This document shows, piece by piece, positions 11,284-22,229 of a DNA stretch of 64,000 nt. This DNA comes from Gammaproteobacteria bacterium (GTDB lineage Bacteria > Pseudomonadota > Gammaproteobacteria > DRLM01). Position 1 is the stretch's first letter, and each line of letters starts with the position of its first letter. Under the pieces are notes generated by a model. That model saw nothing but the letters and a program-made list of their open reading frames with translations. It made no database searches and was not told where the DNA came from. A program made the translations under genes and the position numbers. The stretch covers positions 471 to 64,470 of the forward strand of contig JAHFRV010000009.1 in NCBI GenBank assembly GCA_023266095.1, read 5' to 3'.

Positions 11284-11320
11284 AAAAAAATGGGGTACCC
11301 ATGAAGGTACCCCTTAATCA
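11284..11320. terminator. Rho-independent terminator hairpin, bidirectional; stronger for minus-strand transcripts
   Basis: Perfect 8-bp stem ggggtacc/ggtacccc (11292-11299 and 11306-11313) with a 6-nt loop. Flanked 5' by aaaaaaa, which is a U7 tail on the minus strand, and 3' by ttaat. Confidence 0.6.
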
Positions 11321-11534
11321 GGGAGAGGGACTAACGTGGCTCAACCAGACGGGGGTCGGGGTTAAACCACGTACATTATTTAGCACAGGACATGCCACAC
11401 TTTACTGTCTTTTAGAAAACAATAAGTTAAATTTTCATGTTGCGCATGCTACGTCGGAAAATGGCCGCCATCGCTCAAGAGTGACAAAACACCGCCACTA
11501 AATGGGGCACACTGGGAACACCCTGCGGAAAAAG

Positions 11535-12086
11535 TTACAAATCCAACCCTAATTGCCGATCGGAACCGTGATCGTAAATCAGACCATCGCCCACTCGACG
11601 CACAACCGCACTGATGTGATGGGGAACGCTGGTATTCACGTCCAGCACATGGGTGACGTGAACAGCCTGATGGGCAAGATAATCAGCGAGCAGCGAACGA
11701 TGGCAGTTTTGCGGCCATTTTTCCGCGCACATCATCGCGGTGGGCATCCGACCTGCGCGCTCCAGCAAGTCCTCCACCCCGGCGCGAAACGAGTTCGAGG
11801 TCATATGGTCGGCATAAGCGCGCATGCCCTGCGAGTGCAGCGCCACATGCGGTGAAATCACCTCCGCGTCGCTTTTACGCATGCCACCCAGGCTCGGACC
11901 GAGCCAAAGGTAATCAATGCCCATGCCCCCTAGTAAAGGGACTAGGGCGGTGCGGGAAAAGTGGGGATAGCGGCGGGACACGGGCTGGGCGCGCACATCG
12001 ACCAAGCAACGGATGCCGAAGGTATCGAGCATCGCCAAAAATTCCGCGGCGGTGCGGTCGCTGTGCCCTACCGAGTAGAGTTGCAT
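11535..12086 (-). CDS. DUF488 family protein
   Basis: MQLYSVGHSDRTAAEFLAMLDTFGIRCLVDVRAQPVSRRYPHF matches the DUF488 N-terminal signature (YTIGHS...LVDVR..P.SR). The start was chosen at the internal ATG of ORF 11535..12137. Confidence 0.7.
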   Translation of the reverse strand: MQLYSVGHSDRTAAEFLAMLDTFGIRCLVDVRAQPVSRRYPHFSRTALVPLLGGMGIDYLWLGPSLGGMRKSDAEVISPHVALHSQGMRAYADHMTSNSFRAGVEDLLERAGRMPTAMMCAEKWPQNCHRSLLADYLAHQAVHVTHVLDVNTSVPHHISAVVRRVGDGLIYDHGSDRQLGLDL

Positions 12087-12732
12087 GGTAGCGTCGCCGA
12101 TCATCGAGCGTTTCGTCTCGCCTAGACAGATGGCCATCCTAGTTGCATCTCAACACAGGAGGATGCCGAAAGCAATTTCATTGGGGATACGACGACTCTC
12201 GGCGCCATTGTTGGCCATAACCCCGACGGCTTCGTTCAGCCATCCACATCGTCACCGAGTCGGCGGGCAAGGACTCGCTGAACAGAAATCCCTGTGCCCA
12301 TCGCAACCATGCGCGTACAACACCGTCAGGCTTGGCCGTCTCCACCGAGATCGAGGGTCGTGTTTTTAGGAAAGCGATCCGGCGCTGTGTCCGCCCAGTG
12401 TATCGATATAGTCGCGCAGCAGGCGGCTGCGATGTGTCTTCCAACCATCCCAAATCACCAGCAGGGCTGTTTGAGCTGCGCCTGCAGCGCTTTGGGGAAT
12501 TCGATGACTTCTTTCTTCTTAATGCTAGCCTCGTGCAGCCTGAACAAACAGTAGCTGCGGGTGCGCCCGGCAATCACCGAAGCAAGGGTAAGGCACTTTG
12601 CCGGCCGACGCGCTGCCGGCACTTTCCCAGCCGGTCAGGAGGTTCTATACTCTCGCCCTGCCCGACGCGCGACACGGCAACGGGCGATAATTCGATAAAT
12701 TAATCCACCTTCATCACTTAAGTCAGTGAGCC

Positions 12733-14400
<1,668 letters not shown>

Positions 14401-14541
14401 TAACAGAGCATGTTCACTCAAACGGCGCCTTCGGCGGAGGCGCCGTCGTTGAGTCGATACCGGCAGCGTTTCATCGTCTATCTCAACATCACCGCCGCGT
14501 CCGAGTATCGAGGCGATGCAGGCATTATCAAGCGCGGAGAT

Positions 14542-15237
14542 TCACTTCGCGGACAGCGTCGATACACTTGACTCCGCCATTTTTCCCCAGCGCCCGGTAA
14601 ACGGCACAAAGACCACGGGAAGGATGTCGCGGCTGGCGACGGTTCCGTCCGCCGCTTTGGTAATCAGTTTAAGTGATTGGTTGGCGTGAGGCGGTCCCAC
14701 CGGTATCACCAGCTGGCCGCCCGGCCGGAGCTGTGTCAGCAGCGGTTCCGGCACATGGCCGGCGGCGGCGGTGACGATGATGCCGTCGTAAGGAGCATGT
14801 TCCGCCCAGCCGTCGTAACCGTCGGCGGCGCGCACCGTCACATTGAGATACCCCAGCTCGCGCAGGCGCCGCGCGGCGCTCTCGGCCAGTTCGGGAATGA
14901 TCTCCAGCGAATACACCTGTTTCACCAAACGCGACAACACAGCCGCCTGGTAACCCGAACCGGTGCCGATCTCGAGGACGCTGGCACCCGGCCGGGGTTC
15001 CAGCAGGTCGGTCATTAGCGCGACAATATAAGGTTGCGATACGGTTTGTCCGTAACCGATGTCCAGCGGACCATTGTGATAGGCCGCGATGAGATACTCC
15101 TCCGGGACAAAGCGATGGCGCGGCACCGAGCCGATGGCCGCCATCACCCGCGGATCGAGCCGCTGCTTGCCGGTCCACGCCCGCGTCGCGGCCACCTCGT
15201 CCTCGATGTCGCACAGCATCCGCCTTTTGCCATCCAT
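14542..15237 (-). CDS. pcm: Protein-L-isoaspartate O-methyltransferase
   Basis: ...PRHRFVPEEYLIAAYHNGPLDIGYGQTVSQPYIVALMTDLL...VLEIGTGSGYQAAVLSRL... are the canonical PCMT motifs. The start was taken at MDGKRR; an upstream in-frame ATG at 15306 is possible. Confidence 0.88.
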   Translation of the reverse strand: MDGKRRMLCDIEDEVAATRAWTGKQRLDPRVMAAIGSVPRHRFVPEEYLIAAYHNGPLDIGYGQTVSQPYIVALMTDLLEPRPGASVLEIGTGSGYQAAVLSRLVKQVYSLEIIPELAESAARRLRELGYLNVTVRAADGYDGWAEHAPYDGIIVTAAAGHVPEPLLTQLRPGGQLVIPVGPPHANQSLKLITKAADGTVASRDILPVVFVPFTGRWGKMAESSVSTLSAK

Positions 15238-15369
15238 AATCTTCCTCCCCTCCTCAACGGTGGTAGCGGCGCTCGCCGTGAGGGCCGGCCTTTGTATGAT
15301 TATCATAACCCTACTTTCGAACGGCAGGTTTCCCTACCCGGTTTATCTCATGCCGATTCTGCGATTCAT

Positions 15370-15576
15370 GAGCTGATCCACGGGCAGTTGCACGGTGCTG
15401 TAGACGTAACGGGCGGCGTGGAATTCGCACACCACGACAATGCCCTGGCAGAGCCAATCAATGGCTTGTATAAGACTGAATTGTTCCACCGGCGGGCTCC
15501 CTGGAAAATGCGGGAGGCCCGCATGCCACTTAACCCGCTCGTTTTTCAAGAGCCTGGTTTATGGAAGTCTCAATAA
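15370..15576 (+). pseudogene. Degenerate remnant of an IS3-family transposase (OrfB C-terminus)
   Basis: The + frame reads ...GGVEFAHHDNALAEPINGLYKTELFHRRAPWKMREAR.... This resembles the conserved IS3 integrase-core tail DNAxxESFFxxLKxE(L/R)xxRRxFxTREEAR. It has no N-terminal DDE region and no plausible start; it lies in the pcm-ABC intergenic gap. Confidence 0.3.
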
Positions 15577-15680
15577 CCAGATTACAGTCAAGGTCGTCAG
15601 ATTTTAGTGGCTCAGCACCGTATTAACAGACACAAACGCACAAATCATTTACACCTAGCTAAAATTGGTCGACTGCACAG

Positions 15681-17711
15681 TTATTCAACTCGCCCCTCAT
15701 TCCCATATAAGAAGCAATGTACCGTCTGTGTCTCACCGAGCTGCGTAGATTCGGGATATCGCTCCCGACACGGCGCCATCGCATGCGGACACCGCGGATG
15801 AAAATGACACCCTTGCGGCGGATTCACCGGCGAAGGCAGATCACCCTGCAAACGGATGACCTCGCGTTGCGCATCTTCATCAATCGTCGGCACCGCCGAC
15901 AACAGCGCCTGGGTATACGGATGTTTGGGCGTCTTGAGCACTTCTTCCATGGTGCCCTGCTCGACGATGCGGCCGAGGTACATCACCGCCACGCGGTGGG
16001 CGAGGTATTCGACTACCGACATATTGTGGGTGATGAAGAGATAGGCAAGGCCCAGTTCGTCTTGAAGACCTTTCAGCAGATTCAACACTTGCGCCTGTAC
16101 CGACACGTCGAGCGCGCTGGTGGGTTCGTCGCAGACGATGAGCTTGGGATTGACCGCCAGCGCGCGCGCGATGCAGATGCGCTGACGTTGGCCGCCGGAG
16201 AATTCATGCGGATAACGCTGTTTGGCCTCGGCGGGCAGACCCACTTGCGCAAGCAGCTCATCGACGCGCCGGCGGCGTGCGGCGGCGTCGCCGCCGATGT
16301 GTTGCGCCAGCATGCCTTCGGCGATAATGTCGCCGACCCGCATGCGCGGATTCATCGAAGAGTAAGCGTCCTGGAAAATGATTTGCAGTTCGCGGCGGTG
16401 CGGTCGCAGTTGGTGCGTGGACAGCGCGGTGAGTTCCAGGCCGTGGTAACGCACGCTGCCGCCGCTGGGGCGGATCAATTGCAGAATGGCTTTGCCGGCG
16501 GTGGTCTTACCGCAGCCCGATTCACCCACCAGCGCCACGGTGCGGCCACGCTGTAATTCCAGCGAGATGCCGTCCACCGCGCGCGCATGACCGGTCAGCC
16601 GTTTGAGCAGGCCGTGGTGGATGGGAAAATGTACCTTCAAATCGTCCACCTGCAGCAAGGTCTGGTTCGATTCCGCCGCCGGTGGCGCTTGCACGGCTCC
16701 TTCCGCGATTTTCAACGGCGCCGTCGCCGGCTTCGCCACCTCCGGATCATGTAGGTGACAACGCGCCCAGTGTCCCGCTGTTACTTCCAGCCAACGTGGC
16801 GCCAGTACATGACAAGTCGGCCACGCATATTGGCAGCGATCGGCGAAACGGCAGGCATGGAATTCCTGCGCGAGCGACGGCACGCTGCCTTCGATCACCG
16901 CGAGTTTATGGCCGCGTTTGCCGAGGCCGGGCATGGAGGCGAACAGCTTTTGCGAATAAGGATGCAGCGGTCGTGCAAAAAAATCCGCACGCGTCGCCTG
17001 CTCGACGATGTGACCCGCGTACATCACTGCCACTTGATCGGCCATGCCCGCCACCACACCGAGATCGTGGGTGATGAGCAGGATGGCCATGCCCAGGTCT
17101 TTTTGCAGTTGTTGCAGCAGTTCGAGGATCTGCGCCTGGATGGTGACGTCGAGCGCGGTGGTGGGTTCATCGGCGATCAGCAACTCCGGTCCGCCGGCCA
17201 GGGCGATGGCGATCATCACCCGTTGTTTCATGCCGCCCGAGAGTTGATGCGGATATTCGCCGTAGCGCCGTTCGCGGTCGGGGATGCCGACCGCATCGAG
17301 CAGCTCCAGCACCCGCAGGCGCGCCGCGGCGCCGTTCAATTTTTTATGGTGGCGCAAGACTTCGCCGATCTGCTCGCCCACGGTGAACACCGGATTGAGC
17401 GAAGTCATCGGTTCTTGGAAAATCATCGCCAGGTGATTGCCGCGCACCTCGCGCATGTCGTCTTCCGACAGGGCTAGCAGATCGCGGCCGTTAAGCCACA
17501 CTTCACCGCCGAGTTTGCCCGCCGCTTGGGGCGGCAGCAAACGTATCAGCGACAAAGCAGTCATGGATTTGCCGCAGCCGGATTCGCCGAGCAAGGCGAA
17601 GGTTTCGCCGCGCCTCACCTCGAAACTCACGCCGTCCACCGGACGCAAGATGCCGCGCGGTGTCACGAGACGGGTGGTGAGTTGTTTGACGGATAGTAGG
17701 GGTGGCTGCAT
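15681..17711 (-). CDS. ABC transporter ATP-binding protein with two fused nucleotide-binding domains (GsiA/YejF-like; peptide/nickel ABC family)
   Basis: 676 aa. Two full cassettes ([11 protein letters not shown]...[15 protein letters not shown]...ADEPTTALD and [11 protein letters not shown]...[15 protein letters not shown]...CDEPTSALD), each followed by a Cys-containing oligopeptide-ABC C-terminal extension. Confidence 0.85.
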   Translation of the reverse strand: MQPPLLSVKQLTTRLVTPRGILRPVDGVSFEVRRGETFALLGESGCGKSMTALSLIRLLPPQAAGKLGGEVWLNGRDLLALSEDDMREVRGNHLAMIFQEPMTSLNPVFTVGEQIGEVLRHHKKLNGAAARLRVLELLDAVGIPDRERRYGEYPHQLSGGMKQRVMIAIALAGGPELLIADEPTTALDVTIQAQILELLQQLQKDLGMAILLITHDLGVVAGMADQVAVMYAGHIVEQATRADFFARPLHPYSQKLFASMPGLGKRGHKLAVIEGSVPSLAQEFHACRFADRCQYAWPTCHVLAPRWLEVTAGHWARCHLHDPEVAKPATAPLKIAEGAVQAPPAAESNQTLLQVDDLKVHFPIHHGLLKRLTGHARAVDGISLELQRGRTVALVGESGCGKTTAGKAILQLIRPSGGSVRYHGLELTALSTHQLRPHRRELQIIFQDAYSSMNPRMRVGDIIAEGMLAQHIGGDAAARRRRVDELLAQVGLPAEAKQRYPHEFSGGQRQRICIARALAVNPKLIVCDEPTSALDVSVQAQVLNLLKGLQDELGLAYLFITHNMSVVEYLAHRVAVMYLGRIVEQGTMEEVLKTPKHPYTQALLSAVPTIDEDAQREVIRLQGDLPSPVNPPQGCHFHPRCPHAMAPCRERYPESTQLGETQTVHCFLYGNEGRVE

Positions 17712-17777
17712 CGTTATGTCGCTAGTAGTTTATGCCCTGCCGGTGCGAGTAAGAGTTAATGAAAATTCGTTGCTTTA

Positions 17778-17839
17778 ATCACCCTCGCCCCTGATCCTCT
17801 CCCATTGAGAAGGGGGATGGGAGGCAATGCCGGGGTGAT
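17778..17839. repeat. Nested inverted-repeat (REP/MITE-like) element between the two ABC ATPase genes
   Basis: atcaccc(tcgcccctgatcc)tctcccattgagaagggggatgggag(gcaatgcc)ggggtgat: the inner 7-bp stem is ctcccat/atgggag and the outer 7-bp stem is atcaccc/gggtgat. It lies in a 218-bp gap inside an otherwise tightly packed operon. Confidence 0.35.
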
Positions 17840-17929
17840 GAATAAATCGTAGTGTGGACCGTGGGCCCGACCGAGCGTAGTTACCCGCGCACAGCCCACG
17901 TTACTTCTGTTGCCATATAACACATTCAC

Positions 17930-19621
17930 TTAAAACTTCACCCGCGGTACGGCGGCGAGTAGCTTCTGGGTATAGGCATGTTGCGGGCGGCAGCTGACTT
18001 GTTCGGTCGGACCGCGTTCGACGATTTTGCCGTCGTGCATCACCGCCATTTCGTCGGCGAGGTATTCCACCACGCCGATGTTATGGGTGATGAACAATAG
18101 GGTCAGTGAGCGCTCGCGGCATAAATCCAGGAGGATTTGCAGAATCTCGGCCTGCACCGACACGTCGAGCGCACTGGTGATTTCGTCGCAGACGATGAAG
18201 CGTGGATTCAATACCAGCGCGCGGGCGATGCCGATGCGTTGGCGCTGGCCGCCGGAAAATTCGTGGGGATACCGCCAGAGGTGTTCGGGATCGAGCTGTA
18301 CCCGCAGCAGAATTTGGCGGGCGATCTCCAGACGTTCGTCCTTCGATTCGCCGATGCCGTGCACCGCCATGGGTTCGATCAGCGTATTGGCGACAGTAAG
18401 GCGAGGATTCAGCGACGACACCGGATCTTGAAAGATGATCTGCATGTGGCGACGATAAGGCCGCATCTCTTTGCGGCCTAGGCCGGTGATGTTGTCGCCG
18501 GCGAAACGGACCTCGCCGCCGGTGGCGCCGATCAAACCGAGGATAGCACGGCCCAGCGTGGTTTTGCCGCAGCCCGATTCACCGACCAGCGCGAGGATTT
18601 GCCCTTGCGGTATGCGCATATCGACGTGATCCACCGCTTTGACGTGGCCGATCGTATGTTTGAACACACCCTTCTTGATCGGGAAATAGACCTGTAAGCC
18701 GCGCAGCTCCACCAGGGCTTGCTCGCCATTGAGTTTCGCCGGTGTTTCCGTCGTCTCGGACACGGCGCTGAACAGGGGCGATCGTCGCGCCGGTGGGCGA
18801 GTGCGCGCAAGATTCTCCGGCAAGGCCGCCAGCAATTGCCGCGTGTAGTCGTGTTGCGGCGCGTTGAGCACCTCGCGCAATTTACCGCTCTCGACGATTT
18901 TGCCCTGACGCATCACCGCCAGACGATCGGCCATTTCCGACACCACACCGAAGTCATGAGTGATGAAAAGAATACTGGTGCCTTTGCGCTGTTGCAGGTC
19001 TTTCATCAGTCGCAGTATCTCGGCCTGCACGGTCACATCCAGTGCGGTGGTGGGTTCGTCGGCGATCAGCAGATCGGGTTCGCAGACCATCGCCATGGCG
19101 ATCATCACCCGCTGCCGTTGGCCGCCGGACAAACGATGCGGATATTCCTCGAAGCGTTCCGTCGCGTTGGGTATCTGCACCTGTTCCAGTGCCGCGACGG
19201 CGCGCGCGCGCGCTTCAGCGTAACTTATCGCCGGGTGATGGAGTTGCAAGACCTCCATGATCTGTTCACCGATGGTGAATACCGGATTGAGCGAGGTCAT
19301 CGGTTCCTGAAAGATCATGCCGATCCGCGCGCCACGGATCGCGCGTTTACCCTCTTCCGGCAGGCTCAGCATATCCACGCGCTCGAGACTAGCATCGGCG
19401 CGGCGATGGTCGAACCATATCTTGCCGTCCGGATGGATGGCGATGTCGCGCGGCAACAACTGAATGATGGACAACGCCGAAATGGATTTGCCGCTGCCCG
19501 ACTCGCCCACCAGACAAAAAGTCTCGCCGCGTTCGAGTGTGAAACTCACGCCGTCCACCGCCTTGACGATACGGTCGCCGGCGCGCAAATACGTCTTGAG
19601 GTTTTCTACTTGCAGCAGCAT
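17930..19621 (-). CDS. yejF: Peptide ABC transporter ATP-binding protein, two fused NBDs (YejF-like)
   Basis: 563 aa. LVGESGSGKSISALS...LSGGQRQRVMIAMAM...ADEPTTALD and [13 protein letters not shown]...[15 protein letters not shown]...CDEITSALD. It ends 10 nt downstream of the permease gene. Confidence 0.8.
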   Translation of the reverse strand: MLLQVENLKTYLRAGDRIVKAVDGVSFTLERGETFCLVGESGSGKSISALSIIQLLPRDIAIHPDGKIWFDHRRADASLERVDMLSLPEEGKRAIRGARIGMIFQEPMTSLNPVFTIGEQIMEVLQLHHPAISYAEARARAVAALEQVQIPNATERFEEYPHRLSGGQRQRVMIAMAMVCEPDLLIADEPTTALDVTVQAEILRLMKDLQQRKGTSILFITHDFGVVSEMADRLAVMRQGKIVESGKLREVLNAPQHDYTRQLLAALPENLARTRPPARRSPLFSAVSETTETPAKLNGEQALVELRGLQVYFPIKKGVFKHTIGHVKAVDHVDMRIPQGQILALVGESGCGKTTLGRAILGLIGATGGEVRFAGDNITGLGRKEMRPYRRHMQIIFQDPVSSLNPRLTVANTLIEPMAVHGIGESKDERLEIARQILLRVQLDPEHLWRYPHEFSGGQRQRIGIARALVLNPRFIVCDEITSALDVSVQAEILQILLDLCRERSLTLLFITHNIGVVEYLADEMAVMHDGKIVERGPTEQVSCRPQHAYTQKLLAAVPRVKF

Positions 19622-19631
19622 GGCGTCGCGT

Positions 19632-20837
19632 TCACGCGGTTTTTTTGAGATAGGGATCGATGGCGTCGCGCATCGCTTCGCCGATCAAGTTATAGGCGAA
19701 CACCGTGAGAAAAATCGCGCCGCCGGGAAAGGCCGCCATCCACCAGTTGAAGGTCGCTGCCTGCACCGCTTGATTGAGCATTTGGCCCCACGATGGATCG
19801 TCGACCAAGCCTAAGCCGAGAAAACTCAAGGTCGCCTCGGCAAGAATGGCGGAGGCCACGCCGAAACTCGCACCCACCAATATCGGTGCAAGGCCGTTAG
19901 GCAGCATGTGGCGGAACAGAATGGAACGCAGCGGCAGACCGCAGGCGACGGCGGCCTGCACGAATTCCTGCTGCCGCAATTTCAGAAATTCCGCGCGCAC
20001 GAAACGGGTGTAGCCGGTCCAGCCGGTGAGGCCGATGATCACCATCATCATGTAGAGGTTGGCGCCGAAAAAGGCAACGAAGGTCAGCAGCAAAAACAAG
20101 GTCGGCACCGCCTCGAAGGTCTCTACCAACCGCATACCGATCATATCGACCACGCCGGAGAAATAACCCATCAGTCCGCCGATGAAGACGCCGATCACCA
20201 GGGCGATGCCGGTTGCGACGAAACCGATGCCCAGCGCGATGCGCGACGCGTGTATCATCCGGCTCAACACGTCGGCGCCGTTTTCGTCGGTGCCCAGCAG
20301 ATGCGGCCGCGCCGGATCGCTGAGCGGCGCTTGCAGGCCGGTTTCGCCGGCGTCACGCTGATAATCCTTGGGTGAATAGGCGATCGGGGTGCGGACTATC
20401 CAATCGTAACGCCCCGCCGCTTCCGCTTCACGATACTGTTCGTAGATGGTCAACTGGGGCGGCGAAACCACCCAATAACTCACCAGACTGGCGGTCAGCG
20501 CGAGCAAGGTGAAGATCAGCACCTTGTAACGGAACGCGACGCGCACGAAAGCCAGTACCAGCGCGGCGGCGAAGATCACCAGCAGACTCACGTCGCCGGG
20601 GGTCAAGGCCCGCAACAACGGACTGTGGAGATTCCCGCCTTCACTCACCAACAACGGATGACTGTTGGCGAGCAAGGGCGCGAATACCGCGACCAAGACC
20701 AGCAGGCCTATCCACGCCAGGCCGATACGGGCGCCGAGTTTGAGATACACCTCCCGCAGCATCTGTGCGCTGTAACTGCGGCGTACCGGTCCCGCCGCCG
20801 TTGCATCCGTGTTCGCCGCCGCGAGTGTCTCACTCAT
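19632..20837 (-). CDS. yejE: Peptide ABC transporter permease (YejE/DppC-like) with N-terminal extension
   Basis: 401 aa, multiple TM helices. The C-terminal half carries the binding-protein-dependent permease EAA-like loop (FVQAAVACGLPLRSILFRHMLPN). It overlaps the upstream permease by 8 nt. Confidence 0.8.
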   Translation of the reverse strand: MSETLAAANTDATAAGPVRRSYSAQMLREVYLKLGARIGLAWIGLLVLVAVFAPLLANSHPLLVSEGGNLHSPLLRALTPGDVSLLVIFAAALVLAFVRVAFRYKVLIFTLLALTASLVSYWVVSPPQLTIYEQYREAEAAGRYDWIVRTPIAYSPKDYQRDAGETGLQAPLSDPARPHLLGTDENGADVLSRMIHASRIALGIGFVATGIALVIGVFIGGLMGYFSGVVDMIGMRLVETFEAVPTLFLLLTFVAFFGANLYMMMVIIGLTGWTGYTRFVRAEFLKLRQQEFVQAAVACGLPLRSILFRHMLPNGLAPILVGASFGVASAILAEATLSFLGLGLVDDPSWGQMLNQAVQAATFNWWMAAFPGGAIFLTVFAYNLIGEAMRDAIDPYLKKTA

Positions 20838-22212
20838 AACTCACCCGCGGATCGGCGATGGCGTAACAGATGTCGGCGATGAGATAGCCGGCCAAGGTCA
20901 ACAGGCCGCTGATCAAGGTCAAGGACAGCAGCAACTCGCGGTCGCGGGCCTGCACCGCTTCCACCGCCAACTTGCCCATGCCGTCGATGCTGAACAGGCT
21001 TTCGACGATCACCGAACCGCCCAGCAGGCCCGGCAGCAAACCCGCCGACACGGTGATCAGCGGCAATAAACTATTGCGAAACACATGCCGCCACAACACA
21101 TGTTGTTCCGAGGCGCCCTTGGCGTGGGCGGTGCGGACGTAGTCCGCCAGCAGATTTTCCAACACCGCGCCGCGGGTGAGTTTGGCGAGAAAAGCGAAAC
21201 CGCCGTAGGAAAGACACAGCACCGGCAGGGCCAGATGCCAGATACGGTCCAGCAAAAAGCCGCGCACGAATTCACCTTGCGCCAGATTGGCGGCGATGGC
21301 CACGCCGAGGATGAGGCCGGCCGCGGCCATGAAGGCGACGCGCAATCCGCGAAAATCCATGTAGCCGATGGCGCCCAAAGTCACCGCGATCAGCACCGCC
21401 AGCAAGCCTTGAATAAACCACGTCGCCTCGCCAGGCAGGGCATGGGCCATGGCGATGCCCAGTGCCGCGCCGATGGCGCTCATCACCGTCGTGCGCAGCC
21501 GCACGCCGCCGCGCAGCGCCAAGGCGGTCAACAACAGCGTGCCGGCGATCAGGCAGCCGAATAACAGCACCACGTCGCTCACAGAACTCCAATGCGGCAG
21601 GAACGGCATGTCCAGCGCTTCACGCTGACTGAGGCCGGCGGTGGGGAACCAGTGCCAGTATTGATTGCTGGCGAAAAAGCCGATCAGCAACACGCCGGCG
21701 AGCATGGTGGGGATCGACCACAAGGTCAGCATGCTCACGCCCGACACTACGTCGAAGGGTTTGCCGCGCTCGGTGGCCGAGTGCACGCCGACGGCGATGG
21801 CGATGAGATAGATGATGGGAACCGACAGCAGATTGAGCAGTAAGGTCACCGGCACGCGTTCGGTCATGAGATCGGTGACCGGCCGGCCGTAGCGGAAACT
21901 GATACCGAGGTCGGAACCCTTCATGAAGGAAAAGCCGCTGATCTCGTTATTCTCATCGAGGGTGAAGCCGATCGGCGAGGCATTGTTCAACCAACGCAGG
22001 TATTGCACCGGCGCCGGATCGTCGAGACCGTAGATGCGGTTGTAATAATCCTCCATCGCCTTCTTGGCCTGCGGATCGAGATTCTGGCCTTCGATCAAAC
22101 TCTGTGCGCTGATACCGCCCGGCGAGGCCGCCATCACCACGAATACCACCAGGGTGATCCCCAACAGAGTGGGGATCATCAACAATAGTCGTCGGATGAT
22201 ATAGGTGTGCAT
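20830..22212 (-). CDS. yejB: Peptide ABC transporter permease (YejB/DppB-like)
   Basis: 460 aa. N-terminus MHTYIIRRLLLMIPTLLGITLVVF is typical of DppB/OppB/YejB permeases; YVRTAHAKGASEQHVLWRHVFRNSLLP is the EAA loop. Confidence 0.8.
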   Translation of the reverse strand: MHTYIIRRLLLMIPTLLGITLVVFVVMAASPGGISAQSLIEGQNLDPQAKKAMEDYYNRIYGLDDPAPVQYLRWLNNASPIGFTLDENNEISGFSFMKGSDLGISFRYGRPVTDLMTERVPVTLLLNLLSVPIIYLIAIAVGVHSATERGKPFDVVSGVSMLTLWSIPTMLAGVLLIGFFASNQYWHWFPTAGLSQREALDMPFLPHWSSVSDVVLLFGCLIAGTLLLTALALRGGVRLRTTVMSAIGAALGIAMAHALPGEATWFIQGLLAVLIAVTLGAIGYMDFRGLRVAFMAAAGLILGVAIAANLAQGEFVRGFLLDRIWHLALPVLCLSYGGFAFLAKLTRGAVLENLLADYVRTAHAKGASEQHVLWRHVFRNSLLPLITVSAGLLPGLLGGSVIVESLFSIDGMGKLAVEAVQARDRELLLSLTLISGLLTLAGYLIADICYAIADPRVSYE

Positions 22213-22229
22213 GACCGAAGCGGCGAACC

